A DNA stretch of 64,000 bases from Octopus vulgaris (GCA_951406725.2 OX597817.1:86490001-86554000); one strand, 5' to 3'. Shown: positions 1-12,237, counted from the first letter of the stretch. A program made the numbers and translations. The notes: a model not told the origin generated them from the letters alone.

Positions 1-268
1 CCATGGTTTTTTTATGGGGTTTTCCATGAGCAACCCTCGAATGTCTCTTCCCTATTGAGGATCACACATCGTTGATTTTTTTTTGATTTTTGTTTGCAAA
101 ACTCTCACAACACACACTCACACACATACACACACACACTTTCTTTGTTTTGTGCTGTGCTATCAATAATGTTTTTCTTAATGTAAACCTTTGTGGTTAA
201 TAAAGTCATCATCGTCGTCGTCGTCGTGATCATCACCATCATCATCATCATCGTCATCATCATCATCA

Positions 269-338
<70 letters not shown>

Positions 339-538
339 GGCGGCGAGCTGACAGAATCATTATCACACTGGACAAAATAATTAGCTTCATTTCGTCCGTC
401 TTTACACTCTGAGTTCAAATGTCGCCGAGGTCGACTTTGCCTTTCATCCTTTCGGAGTACCAGTGAAACACTGAGGTCGACGTAATTGATTAGTCCTCCC
501 CAAAAAAATTTCACGGTCTTGTGCTTTCAGTAGAAAGG

Positions 539-540
<2 letters not shown>
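339..540 (+). mobile_element. tRNA-derived SINE, family B (head ggcggcgagctggcagaatc; core gtcgactttgcctttcatcctttcgg)
   Basis: B-box-like gagttcaaat; same core recurs at about 14010-14190, 14543-14710, 24940-25445, 30170-30520, 31560-32100, 39260-39450, 48020-48755, 56215-56605 and 59280-60090. Confidence 0.8.
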
Positions 541-570
<30 letters not shown>

Positions 571-2514
571 TTTTTTTCTTCTTTCAAATTTGCTTCCATT
601 TCTTGCCGAGTGTCTTCCCGACTCCTAGGGCAAAGAAACTCATAGTATACATTGGTAGGCCATTAAACCAAACTCAGTAGTTCGTTCATTTTTTTTTTTT
701 TTAAGTTAAATTAAAATACATGAGCAGCAACAGTTCTCACATCGACAATGCTCTTCTCAATACGTGTGATGTACCAGTTAAGACAATCTTTTGCACTTCT
801 TGCAGGGATGGTAAGCCAGGGATCATTCTCATATAATTTTCGGTTCCCTTCTTGATCATTCCTAGTGCTCCTACGATCACTGGTATTGTAACCGCCTTGA
901 GATGCCACATTTTCTCAATTTCAATGAGTAGGTCTTTATATTTTCTGAGCTTGTCAAACTCTTTCGCTGAGATATTATGATCACAGGGGATGCTCATGTC
1001 GATCAATAAGCAAACTTTATTGTTTTGGTCTTTCACAACAATATCTGGTTTATTGGCCTTGATGGTTCGGTCTGTATGTACTGGAAAGTCCCACAGAATG
1101 GTTACATTTTCTCCTTCAGTTACAGCCTCAGGGTGGTGATTATACCACTTGTCGGCAGTTTTGATATTGTAATGCCGACTTATTAGCCAGTGGAGATATT
1201 GGCCAACTCTGTCATGTCTTAATTTATACTCCACTGGTGCTAAGACTTTACATCCAGAGATTAGGTGGTCCACTGTTTCAATCATGTCGTTGCAGAATCG
1301 GCATTTTGGGTCTGCTCCATTTTTCATCACATTGGCCTGGTAGTTCCGGGTTAATAGGCTTTGATCTTGAGCAGCCAGGATGAAACCTTCGCTCTCTGCT
1401 TTTAGCCCTGAGCTCCGTAGCCACTGATGGGTTTGCTTCTGGTCAACATCAGCTTGTTTGCTGCGGGTCACATATTTGCCGTGCAGAGGTTTCTCCTCCC
1501 ACCTATCAGCCAATTGCTCGTGCGCTTTCTTCATTGCCATCATTTTCACCTTCTTTGCAACAATAGTTGCCGTACTTCCCTCGGGTTGTTCAGTTTGGGT
1601 ATCCTGCACGAGATCAATAGCAAATTTTTTGCTTTCCTTTATGATAGAATGAAGCTTCTTTCGGCTCTCGTGATTTTCCACGAGATTTAGCATCCAGTCA
1701 TTCGATATTTCGAGATATTTGGCCAGTCCAATTGTGGTTGTTTTGTAAGCTAGTTCAAATTGGATCAGGCCTCGACCTCCTTGGGCTCTGGGAAGGTAAA
1801 GGCGATCTACGTCTGCCTTTGGGTGGTGCATCCTATTACAACTCAGCAGCTTGCGTATTTTTCTATCTATATTCTTTACTTCACTCATATTCCAGTTCAA
1901 CACATTGTAGCTATAAATAACAACTGGAACTGCTAAGGAATTTATAGCTAACACCTTGTTACGTGCATTTAGTTCAGATTCCAGGACTGCACGAACTCTC
2001 CTATAACATTCCTTCCTGATTTTCTCTTTCATGCTTGCATGCTGAATACCAGAGCCTTCATTTATCCCTAAATATTTGTATGTTTGTTCTTGCTCAAGCT
2101 CTCTTATGACTGTGTCAACATCTAACACGACTAAATTTGTGGTCTTCACTTTCCCTTTCTGGAAAGTGGCCTTGGCACACTTCTCAAGTCCAAACTCCAT
2201 CCCGATGTCATCGCTGAATGCTTTCACGGTGCGCAATAGGCCTTCAAGTTCATTATTGTCTTTACCATAAATTTTTAAGTCATCCATATAAAATAGATGG
2301 CTTATTTTTTTATTGGCAATTTTATACCCATACGCTGTTCTGTTTAATTCACTTGTAAGGGGTATTAGGGCTATGCAGAATATTAAAGGTGAAAGTGAGT
2401 CACCTTGAAAAATTCCACAGTTGATGTTTATATTTTCTGAGGCAAGTACTCCATTAGAGTGGTATAATTGGAGATTCGGCAAGTACTCCATTAGACTGGT
2501 ATAATTGGAGATTC
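541..2514 (-). mobile_element. 5'-truncated non-LTR retrotransposon, R4/Dong clade (RLE type), with 3' UTR and (TAA)n at its 3' end
   Basis: RT-RLE ORF at 737-2491, 3' UTR about 571-736, (TAA)n on the element strand at 541-570, and (TTC)/(TTA) repeats at the 5' junction. Dong-type elements are known to target TAA repeats. Confidence 0.9.
737..2491 (-). CDS. C-terminal 584 aa of reverse transcriptase / CCHC knuckle / restriction-like endonuclease polyprotein (5'-truncated, frame uninterrupted)
   Basis: RT motifs GIFQGDSLSP, LFYMDDLK and YKYLG; zinc knuckle CRFCNDMIETVDHLISGC; RHD motif; PD-(D/E)xK region KPDIVVKD..LIDMSIP..KLRKY; C-terminal PVIVGALG. Confidence 0.93.
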   Translation of the reverse strand: MEYLPNLQLYHSNGVLASENININCGIFQGDSLSPLIFCIALIPLTSELNRTAYGYKIANKKISHLFYMDDLKIYGKDNNELEGLLRTVKAFSDDIGMEFGLEKCAKATFQKGKVKTTNLVVLDVDTVIRELEQEQTYKYLGINEGSGIQHASMKEKIRKECYRRVRAVLESELNARNKVLAINSLAVPVVIYSYNVLNWNMSEVKNIDRKIRKLLSCNRMHHPKADVDRLYLPRAQGGRGLIQFELAYKTTTIGLAKYLEISNDWMLNLVENHESRKKLHSIIKESKKFAIDLVQDTQTEQPEGSTATIVAKKVKMMAMKKAHEQLADRWEEKPLHGKYVTRSKQADVDQKQTHQWLRSSGLKAESEGFILAAQDQSLLTRNYQANVMKNGADPKCRFCNDMIETVDHLISGCKVLAPVEYKLRHDRVGQYLHWLISRHYNIKTADKWYNHHPEAVTEGENVTILWDFPVHTDRTIKANKPDIVVKDQNNKVCLLIDMSIPCDHNISAKEFDKLRKYKDLLIEIEKMWHLKAVTIPVIVGALGMIKKGTENYMRMIPGLPSLQEVQKIVLTGTSHVLRRALSM

Positions 2515-2532
2515 TTCTTCTTCTTCTTATTC

Positions 2533-2569
<37 letters not shown>

Positions 2570-2570
2570 G

Positions 2571-2600
<30 letters not shown>

Positions 2601-2601
<1 letters not shown>

Positions 2602-2832
2602 TTTCTTCTTTCCATTTCTTGCCGAGAGTCTTCTTGATACCTAAGGCTGTGATCGTTTGTTCATTTACAAAATCAAATAAAGTTATGTTGAGAGTAAAAC
2701 ATTATTTACATAGAACGTCGATCTCACAGTGAGAATACACTTTTCAATATGAGTGATGAACCCGTTAAAAACAATCTTTTTCATCTCTTGCATGGATGGT
2801 AAGCCAGAGTTCATTCTCAAATTAGTTTCACT
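2601..2832 (-). mobile_element. Second, older R4/Dong 3'-end fragment directly upstream of the first
   Basis: ccatttcttgccgagagtcttc and tgcatggatggtaagccagagttcattctca match 596-618 and 801-831; separated from the first element by a (TTA)n tract. Confidence 0.8.
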
Positions 2833-2844
2833 TCTATTTTTCGA

Positions 2845-3147
2845 TCGGGCTCACAATCACAAGGTAGTGAGTTCGATTGCCTGAGGGCTGTGTGCTGTGT
2901 TCTTGAGCAAGTCATTTTATTTCACATTGCTCCAGTTCACTCAGCAGTAGAAACTAGTAGCGACGTCACTGGTGCCAAGCTGTATCGACCTTTGCCTTTC
3001 CATTGGACAACATCGGTGGCGTGGAGAGGAGATGCTAATATGCATGAGTGACTGCTGGTCTTCCAGAAGGAACTTTGCCCGGACCTGTACTTTGGAGGGA
3101 AACTTTCTAGGTCCAGTCTCATGATCATTTATGACAGGAGGTCTTTA
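2845..3147 (+). mobile_element. tRNA-derived SINE, family C (CORE-like), 5' eroded
   Basis: gagttcgattgc B box followed by gtgttcttgagcaag..ttcacattgctccagttcactcagc; full-length relative at 63111-63443. Confidence 0.75.
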
Positions 3148-3167
3148 CTCTCTCCTTCTCTATGTGT

Positions 3168-3231
<64 letters not shown>

Positions 3232-3549
3232 TGTATTATATACGTATGTATGTATAATGAGTTGATCATTTCGAGATTTTAAGAGACCGTTCTTACAATA
3301 AAGAACCCAAGTTTCTTTAATGAGGAGCTAAATATTTTTTATTAATATTAATATATATAAAGTGTGTAACACGCGTAGGAAATAAACAATTCTCAATTAC
3401 AGCGAAAATATTTCTTTTATACAAATTTATTAGAGGGAGTGCTCACCATAGAATGAAAACGAGACTTAATTTCAACAATATTATATATATGTGAGGAAAA
3501 AATACTCAAAAGTGAAATAGGATTTAGTTATAGTTGTATAAATAAATAT

Positions 3550-3604
<55 letters not shown>

Positions 3605-3607
<3 letters not shown>

Positions 3608-4306
3608 TAATAAATAAAATATATGCATACATACAAACATATATGTACGTACCGACATCTACATGTATATATACATGCATATATAAATATATATACGTAC
3701 AGGACATCACAGGAAGACGAAAAAATCAACAGAACGAAAACGGAAAAGACATTTTGTTACAACAGAAGGGCAGAGACGTGGAACAAGACGAAACGAAAAC
3801 AGGAAAAACAATTATGTGCAGCAGAAAAACGAAGTACAGGACATGCTGCACAAGGAAAAATCCCCTTCATCAGCTGCCGCTAGCAGACACGTGTTTCGAA
3901 GGCAGAGACAGAACACGTATAACCAAGCCAGGCCTTCCTACGAGAGAATTAAAATAAAATAAACTCGTAGAGGGGTAAACGAGCGAGAAAAAATGTAACA
4001 CAAAAAGGGACGTAACAAAGAACTGCACAAAAAATACATACAAGAAAAAAATAAATAATACAAAATAAAGATACATGTACAAGAAAATACATAACGAGAA
4101 TTAAATTGGAATACGAGAAATCAAAAATAAACAAGAGAACAAACTAAAAAGACGAACGAAGGCCTTTGTTCTGGCTGGGACGAGATAGGTAACTGGCGAG
4201 CGCGAGGAAACATGACCTTAGGGCCTGAATGCAACAGGCGGAAAGGTTTAGCAGTGACGAAAGTGAGGAGGGGAGAGAGAGAGAGACAGATAGAGGAAGA
4301 CACAGG

Positions 4307-4307
<1 letters not shown>
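3605..4307 (-). mobile_element. (TA)n-embedded non-coding repeat, probably Penelope-derived, with a permuted hammerhead-like motif
   Basis: Flanked by (TA)n on both sides; related to 11370-12135 (+), 54845-55065 and 59150-59280; minus strand reads CCTTC GAAAC ACGT GTC ... CTGATGA AGGG at 3862-3903. Confidence 0.55.
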
Positions 4308-4341
<34 letters not shown>

Positions 4342-4478
4342 GAGGAAGAATACATTCTGTACTTACTTTAATATGTAACTAGACAGTATTATTGAAGTGT
4401 GATCGTATATATTGTACGCACACACACACACACACATACACACAGACGCGTGCACACGCGTGTGGTAAGAAGCTTGCT

Positions 4479-6681
4479 CCCCCCCCCCCCCCAAGAAGGT
4501 TGCTTCGGCGCATGTGCGTGTAAGTGTGATGTTTGGCACCGAAGCGGTGAGACGTACTTTTGAAGCCGTCTCGAATTGAAAAATTTTGAAGCACCACTGT
4601 AACATAAGATTCTGTTTTGGGGATCCAGTGGGAATTTTTTGTTTTACGAGAATTTTTTTGTACAAGCAGGAAGTCCTACTGGATTCTGAATTCTGGTCTA
4701 CCTGCATGGAGCGAATATTTTTTCTCACTTAATTGTGAGAATTGTTGCTTGGAGGAGTATCGTGCCTACTCACTATTTGCGAATTTTTAAAATAATTGTG
4801 AGAACTGCTGTTTGGGGGAGTGTCTTTGCCTCCGAAGATTCAACGATTTGTATACCAGTTTTTGTGGTAGTTGTGTTCCAGTCGTGGTGTTCCGGGTTCA
4901 TGTTTTTTTTCTTTTTGCTGTACTTCTGAACTATTGACTTTCTTCCTTCTAAACTTTATTTGACTTTCTTTTTTCGTGAATTGTTTTCCTTTTCTTCTTT
5001 TCATTTTATTGTGACTTTCTTTTGATTTCCTTTTTTCTTCTCTCGTTTTAAGTTTTATTTTGAACTATTTTCAAACTGTTAAAAAAAAGGGGGGGGGCAT
5101 GGCAATGAAAAAAGACAATGTTTTCGAGTGGGAGATTGTACCGCCCAAAAAATGGTTGAAAGACTGTGAAGATAGGTCGGTGGAGTTGAGGACCTACTCC
5201 AAGTCACTCGACACCACCGCCCTATTCGAAAAGACTGCAATTGAAAAGGAGTTGGCACAGTATTTGCCAACAATTAAATTCATTTCCAGGGTTGTCAAAT
5301 ACGCAACGGTGTGATTGCTATTTGACACCCCTGAATAAACTCGCAAATTTGCGAGCCACCCCTTGGAGGGCGAAGAAATTTTGTTTCTTCCCACGTATTG
5401 TGGGAGGAGGTTGACGGGAGGTCGGGTCTGCGGGTTGCCACCCAGGATAAAACCCGAGTGGATAGAGGATACTATCCGCCGGGGTCTGGGTGGAAGCGGA
5501 GCCAACCTCCTTAATGTGAAAGTTTTTCCTGCGGCTGATTGGGTTGGGTCAAAAGCTGTTTTGACCCTTTGGACCCAATCAGCCAATCTGATTTTTGCAG
5601 ATATTTTGAAAATGGCCGGGTGCAGATACCCGGTGATTCTTGAGGGTCGCCCTCCCACCCCAGGTGTCATCGGTGTCTGGAGTCTGGCCATATAAAGAAA
5701 AACTGTCCCCAGGAACAAAATAAGGTCCTGGAGCAGTTGAGTGAGGCCTCTCTAGAAGAGGGAATGAAGGCAGCCGAGGAGGCGGAGGACTCCTCAAACA
5801 GGGGCCGCAAGAGGAAGAAGGCGAGCAACAATGGGTGCTCACCAAAGGACCATATGAAGAAGGGGAAGTGAATCCCCCGGTCACGGAGGCGGCGCACACA
5901 CCCCTCAGTTGAAAAGAAAAAAGAGGAAGAGGAAGAGAAACGGGACATTGCCTGCAGTCGGTAACATAGTACCGGAATATCCCGCAACTACGTCGCTTGG
6001 GGTTGTGCCACCGGCGGGAACTGTGCCGCCAACGGTAGAATTGGATATCCCGCCCCCGGCGGAAGACGAATTATTGATCTTCTATAGAGGCGGGGAGGTT
6101 GAAATGGTGGTGGAAAAGCACCATAAGAGAGCACCTTTAGCCTGCACACTGGATCCCGAATGGCCTCCGCAGATAGCTGTGGAGGTCATAACGTTGGGCG
6201 TGACGTTTAGGCTGGAGGAACTCAATGAGCAATATCGCTTGTACCCGGGCGACGCCAACACGGAACCCGCTTTGATCTTGAATGAGGCGTGAAGGATGGC
6301 TTAAGATGCGGGCACAAGTGATGTTGAGGGTGAGTTATAAATTGTGGCACTGTGTGACACAAACATTTGATAAAAGGCACTTCGCCTTCTTCTTTCTGAA
6401 CTCCCGGCTGTCAACGCGGTCTGCTCTGCAGGCGGCTAGATATTTGACTAAGGGTCCAGAATAAGGAGGAAAGGAAAAGTGATAGTGTATTTTTGATGTT
6501 TGATTGACTTTTTGATTTTTATGTAATAAAAGAACCTGTGATTTCGAGTGGGGTTCGGTCTGCGGGCGCCGAATACCCCTCCCATTTACATCATTCGTAT
6601 TTGTCATTTTCATCACATTAATGTATATGTCCAGCCCGCATTGCTTCTCTGTAAGGCCTTCATGGCCAATTTGATAAAATA
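4479..6681 (+). mobile_element. L1/Tx1-like non-autonomous element (degenerate ORF1 only) inserted in a SINE head with a 12-bp TSD
   Basis: TSD aagaagcttgct at 4467-4478 and 6682-6693; 3' end ...gataaaataaa; disrupted ORF1 with a CCHC knuckle; the SINE sequence resumes after the insert. Confidence 0.75.
5099..6292 (+). pseudogene. Disrupted ORF1 (gag-like nucleic-acid-binding protein) of the L1/Tx1-like element
   Basis: MAMKKDNVFEW...; in-frame stops near 5312 and 5336; after a frameshift 5665-5709 encodes CHRCLESGHIKKNCP (C-x2-C-x4-H-x4-C); basic KRKKRKRKR tract follows. Confidence 0.7.
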
Positions 6682-7035
6682 AAGAAGCTTGCTTCCCAGC
6701 CACATGTTTATGGGTTCAGTCTCACTGCGCGGCCCCTCGATCAAGTGTCTTCAGCTATAGCTGTTGGCTGACCAAAGACTTGTGAGTGGATTTGGTAGAC
6801 GGAAGCTGAAATAAGCCCGTCGCGCGCGCGCGTGTGTGTGTGTCACTACCGCTTGACAACCGGTGTTGGTTTGTTTACGTAGCCGTAACATAACGGTTCG
6901 GTAAAAGACACCGACAGAATAAGTACTATAAAAAATAAAGAAAGAAAGAAGTAATGGGGTCGATTCATTTGACTAAAAATTATTTAAGGCAGTACCCAAG
7001 CATGGCCGCAGTTTGATGATTGAAACAAATAAAAG

Positions 7036-7037
<2 letters not shown>
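6682..7037 (+). mobile_element. tRNA-derived SINE, family A (body; its head fragment lies at about 4458-4478)
   Basis: Matches the full copies at 18381-18760 and 52122-52533 (ccacatggtt..gggttcagtcccactgcg..gtgagtggatttggtagacggaaactgaa..catggccgcag..gaaacaa). Confidence 0.85.
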
Positions 7038-7077
<40 letters not shown>

Positions 7078-7612
7078 ACGCAAACACCACGCACACGTAT
7101 ATATATATGTGTGTGTGTGTGTGTATACTATATATAATATATTATATATATATGTGTGTGTGTATGTATCCATACATGTATGTATGCATCTATGTATGCG
7201 TACATGTATGAATATATGTGTATGTATGTGTGTGTGTATGTATAGACAAAAATATAGACACACACACACACACTTGATCTCGACCTATTGCGTCTGCTTT
7301 CATACTTATTTAACCGTCACCCTCCAGCTATCCTTTTGATGTAATAGGTTATTGATTTCTAAAACATTGTTTACATGTCTTTCTTACTGTTTCCTCCAGA
7401 ATTTTCACTGTGATATGTTAGCGTAGCGAGATCAATTACGTTTTCATTGACCTCTAAGAAGTTCCAAGAACAGACTCTTCTTGGGTCGTCCTTCACATGA
7501 TATACTGTGCAGCAATTTCAACCATTATAGGCTTTCCTTATGAAAAAAATCTTCCATTGTCGCTAATCCTTTTGATTCTTTCATTCCATTTTTTAGGAAT
7601 ATTGTCTATTCT

Positions 7613-7704
<92 letters not shown>

Positions 7705-7709
<5 letters not shown>

Positions 7710-8538
7710 ACAATTGAGGGTAAAATTAATTAATCAATTTCACCAAGTGTTCAGTATGTAAAAGGACCATTTAAGGCGAATTCAAAATATTACATTATAT
7801 AATTAGGGCTTAGTAAAATAAATTACTTTGCCACATACTGAACTTAATAGAAATAGCAGCCCCAAAAATTTTTTTAGCCATTTCTACTACTTAAAGAAAA
7901 TTTCTCTCAGATAATGTTTACTCAAGATAACTCACGAAGGTATGGAGGTAAATACAGAAAAATATCACAAGTACAAAGATCGTTTGAGAACGTCAACGTT
8001 TCTAGATTAGCCAAATAAAATCAGCATTTCTTTCGTCAGCTCAAAATTTCTTAATTTGGATTTGGAAACACCAAAAAGAAAGAACTTTACCTCTCGGCGA
8101 ACTTATCACCTCAGATGAACCAGCTCAAACTGCCAGTGCTAACAAATTCAAAATGCGCAAGCGTAAATTCCTGCACTCCTCCTCCACCCACGCAGTCTAT
8201 CTAGCAAACATTATATTTTAACCGCGAGAACCGAGGCAGTATGACAGAGAGAAATTAATTATAATATCAACAATTGAGGGTAAAATTAATTAATCAATTT
8301 CACCAAGTGTTCAGTATGTAGAAGGACCATTTAAGGCGAATTCAAAATATTACATTATATAATTAGGGCTTAGTAAAATAAATTACTTTGCCACATACTG
8401 AACTTAATAGAAATAGCAGCCAAAAAAAATTTTTTTAGCCATTTCTACTACTTAAAGAAAATTTCTCTCAGATAATGTTTACTCAAGATAACTCTCGGCG
8501 AACTTATCACCTCAGATGAACCAGCTCAAACTGCCAGA
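7705..8538 (-). mobile_element. (TA)n-embedded partial tandem repeat element (Penelope-like pseudo-LTR arrangement)
   Basis: 7705-7933 is repeated at 8264-8493 and 8092-8136 at 8494-8537; hammerhead-like CTGACGA...GAAACGTT on the minus strand at about 7990-8043. Confidence 0.6.
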
Positions 8539-10727
8539 TATATATATATATATATCGCCTTTTATCTTTTACTTGTTTCAATGATTGGACTCCGGCGATG
8601 CTGTGTTGGGTTTCGTCGAACAAACCGACAGCAATACTTATATTTTTTTAAGTCTGGTACTTATGCTATCGGCTTCTTTCGCCGAACCGCTAAGCTATGG
8701 GGTCGTAAACAAACCAACACCGGTTATCAAGCGATCTTGGGGACAAACGCACAGAAACACACACACATAGATACACATATATACATATGCATACATACAT
8801 ACATACATATATATTTTGAAGTATATTGTTATAATCATACTTTTATAACTATTTACTTAAAAATTAATTTTACCGATATGGTGATTTTTTATACGTTACC
8901 CACTGATTTTAATGATTATATCCTCTTTTTATAAATACACACACACACGCACGCACACACATATATATATATGCATGTATGTATACATACTAATATTGAT
9001 CACTGAGAATGAGCGCTCAACACCACATTGGTGGATAAATATTCTTTATCTGTAGGCTTGTTAGCAACCAATGATTTCATGCGAAGAGATTTTCACAATT
9101 GTTCAGGTGTACCACATAGAAATGTTGGTATGATGTCAGAGTTTCTGCCATATCGTGGATTTTATTTCAGTAATGGATCTAAATGTTTTTTTTTATATTT
9201 GTAGACAACATACTACTCATATAAGTGGTGTGTTCCTGGCACACAACCTATTTTACAGGCAGGAGGACCGAGCCAGCAAGAGTTGATGTTCTTGACCGCA
9301 AGCAGAACGCTGTGGTTGAAATGAAACAAAGCTTCAACGTTGGGCTAGTAGTTGGCTACCCTATTATCACCATTATGTTTCAGCTTTGCTAATCAATACC
9401 TTCAGACCCGTAACGTGAGTTGGATGCATACCACCACCACCACCACATTACCACTGCTACCGTTCACTGATTTAAAGGACAACTCTATTTCACCGTTCAT
9501 TTCCCCTCACTACACTCACGGCTGTTCAGTTTGCAATCCCCATCTTAGATCTTCACGCAAATCTTACTTTTTGACTCACCCTGTTGTTTCTATAGATGAG
9601 CATTTCTTTCTGCTTTCTATTATCATATGAATGTGTTTGTATGTGGGTACTTGCGTGCGTTGCACTTGCATATGTGTGAGCATATGTGCGTTTATCTGTG
9701 TATGCGTGTACTTTATATTTTGCGTGTGTATCGATGTGTGCATGAGCAATAAGCTTCATTCATTTGTCTGTCACGTTTTCGTGCACTATAATCCAGGAAG
9801 AAAAGTGTCCGGTGCTTAAACGCATTGCAAGGTCTTTGGTGAGGATCGCGTGGCATGATTCAAAGAAGATTTCCAGGTCTATCAGCAATTTACTGAATAC
9901 TTTAATCACAGATCTGCTAGAATCAGGTCGGTGTAGGTCACGTGATTTTTGCGTACTTTTGTATAATCATTTTCATTATTGCATTGTATTGAAATAAACC
10001 TCGACCTGACACACGCCAACTGCTTTCAAGTCCTAGCAGGAAGCAGTGAACTTGTGAAACGTCTAATCCTCTGATAAATGACTGATTTATTCAAGCAGGC
10101 AAACCTAGCATCACCAAAAGCGGTTCTTAACGTTTCCAAGATATTACAATTCCGCTTAGTCAAATTGTTCATGCAATATTCCAGTCACGCACACAGTCGT
10201 TGTTCTGTTGTTTATTTCTTTTAGAAACACATTTCCTCAAGAACAAAGCCATATCTTCAGCAATTAGTTTAAGCGGCTGTTTTTGTTAGTGTCATATATC
10301 GTTCTAGAAACAATACAATAAGTAGTCCACGATTTTTAAGCAATTCAAGTGTAGTTTAATAAAGAGATAAAATGATGTTCTGTCGTCATGTCCACGTAGA
10401 TTAGCGAACATATCAAAATAGGAATTTGCGTTTGTTAACGTATTCTTTTATTCGTTTACTGGTCTTTGCCATTGGACTGCAGCCATGTTGATTGGTGTAC
10501 AGAATTTAAGAGCTTTTAGTCTATCGTACTGACGACATATATATTTCAACTTGCTTCTTGTTTTATTTAGATCTATTTATCGGATGGTAAAGACGCACAT
10601 TTTAACAGAACCAGGGTTTTACACAACCAATACACACACTTACACGCATACATATGTGTGTGTCTGTGGTGTGTGTGTGTGTTTGTGTGTGTTTATGCAC
10701 TTATATATTTATGTATGTGTATGGTGC

Positions 10728-10761
<34 letters not shown>

Positions 10762-10884
10762 CGGAGATGTACTCGCATAGCAAGTAATTAAACTTAAATG
10801 TTGAAGTGAATCGAACGGCTTTTGTGTGTTTCTTAAATGGCTTATAAACACCTTCCACGCTACAATTGTATATATATATATATA

Positions 10885-11330
10885 TCAAAATAAGCAACAA
10901 GAATGACTTCGGTAATTTGGTACGATCGCTTCACGCTACATTATTTTATTAAATGTTGTATGTATTACAGCAGTTTTAAAATGTTGACCAATCATCACCC
11001 ATTAATAGAGGTTTTCCATTAATACATAATTTTCATTTCAATTGATAACATTATAGAGAAGGTAGATATATAGACAACGATGTCGATTTAAATTTTAAGA
11101 ACATTAAGGTAGTAGAGTTTATCAACTGACTGCTCAACATTTTAAAACTGTTGTAATACTTACAACATTTAATAAAATGATGTAGCGTGAAACGATCGTA
11201 CCAAATTACCGAAGTTATTCTTGTTGCTTATTTTGATTATAATCACCCCATGGATTTATGGATAACACCATACAAAATTTTGGTGCATCTAACTTAAGTA
11301 CCATATTCATTTGAATCTAAATTTTGCTGA

Positions 11331-11335
<5 letters not shown>
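10885..11335 (+). mobile_element. (TA)n-embedded fold-back element: about 110-bp inverted arms plus a 3' tail
   Basis: 10885-10995 is the reverse complement of about 11127-11238; contains GAAAC GATC GTA; tail ends ..ctgaat before (TA)n. Confidence 0.7.
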
Positions 11336-11369
<34 letters not shown>

Positions 11370-11371
<2 letters not shown>

Positions 11372-11626
11372 AGAAGAAAATGGAAGAAAAATAACAGGAA
11401 GAAGTTAGTTGTTTGCGCTAGTAAGCCATTAATTTAATTAATTAATAAAGAAAAGTGGTAGTAATAGTACATTTACGATCGTTTCTGTTTACCAGTTGTC
11501 GTGGTAGGCATCATCAGAATGCAGATGCGCACTCTTCTATCTTTACTATCTCTCTCCTTCTCTTGTTCTTCATCCTTTCTGGTTTTCTCTCCCACCCTTC
11601 CCTATTCTTCTTCTCTCCTCTTCAGT

Positions 11627-11685
<59 letters not shown>

Positions 11686-12135
11686 TCCTGCTCGACTCTC
11701 TCGTCACTGACACGTGACGAAAGAGAATCTATCTTTCTGATTATTACCTTCGTAAAGACAACAACGTGCTTATACTGTCTCCTTCATAAGCTCGTCCTAG
11801 CGTTCATAATAATTTTTCTATGTGTTTATTTTTACTGTTTTGTTCTCACTGTCCTGTTCTTGTTACCATTTTCACCCCCCGCAAAAAATCCCATATTTTA
11901 TTTAATTTGCTTTCGGGAAGGACTGTTTCAACGAAGTCGCGTCTTGTTCTTACCTTCGAACGCAGAGTAGATGAAACAGGGACAACTGAAGAACGGAAAT
12001 ATTCTTTATGTTGTATGTCTTGTTTCTCTGTTTCTTTTTTCGTTGTTCAAAAAAAAAGTTCGTTTCTATGTTTTTGTTTCTATGTTTTCGTTTTTCACTG
12101 TGTTCAACGTTTTTTTTATGTCCTGTACCCATATA
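11370..12135 (+). mobile_element. (TA)n-embedded repeat related to 3605-4307, with internal (CT)n
   Basis: ccttcgaac...ctgaagaacgg at 11954-11997 and a terminal tgtcctgtac..atatatgcat shared with the reverse complement of 3620-3710. Confidence 0.55.
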
Positions 12136-12237
12136 TGCATATATATATATACATATATATGTAGGTATATGCATATATATATACATATATATGTAGGTAT
12201 GTACATATATGTATGTATATATGCATCTATTATTTAT

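Noticed and set aside
11140-11205. Active hammerhead in the 10885-11335 element
   Set aside because: GAAAC GATC GTA is present but the upstream core reads CTGTTGT/CTGCTGT, not CTGANGA; at best a dead relic.
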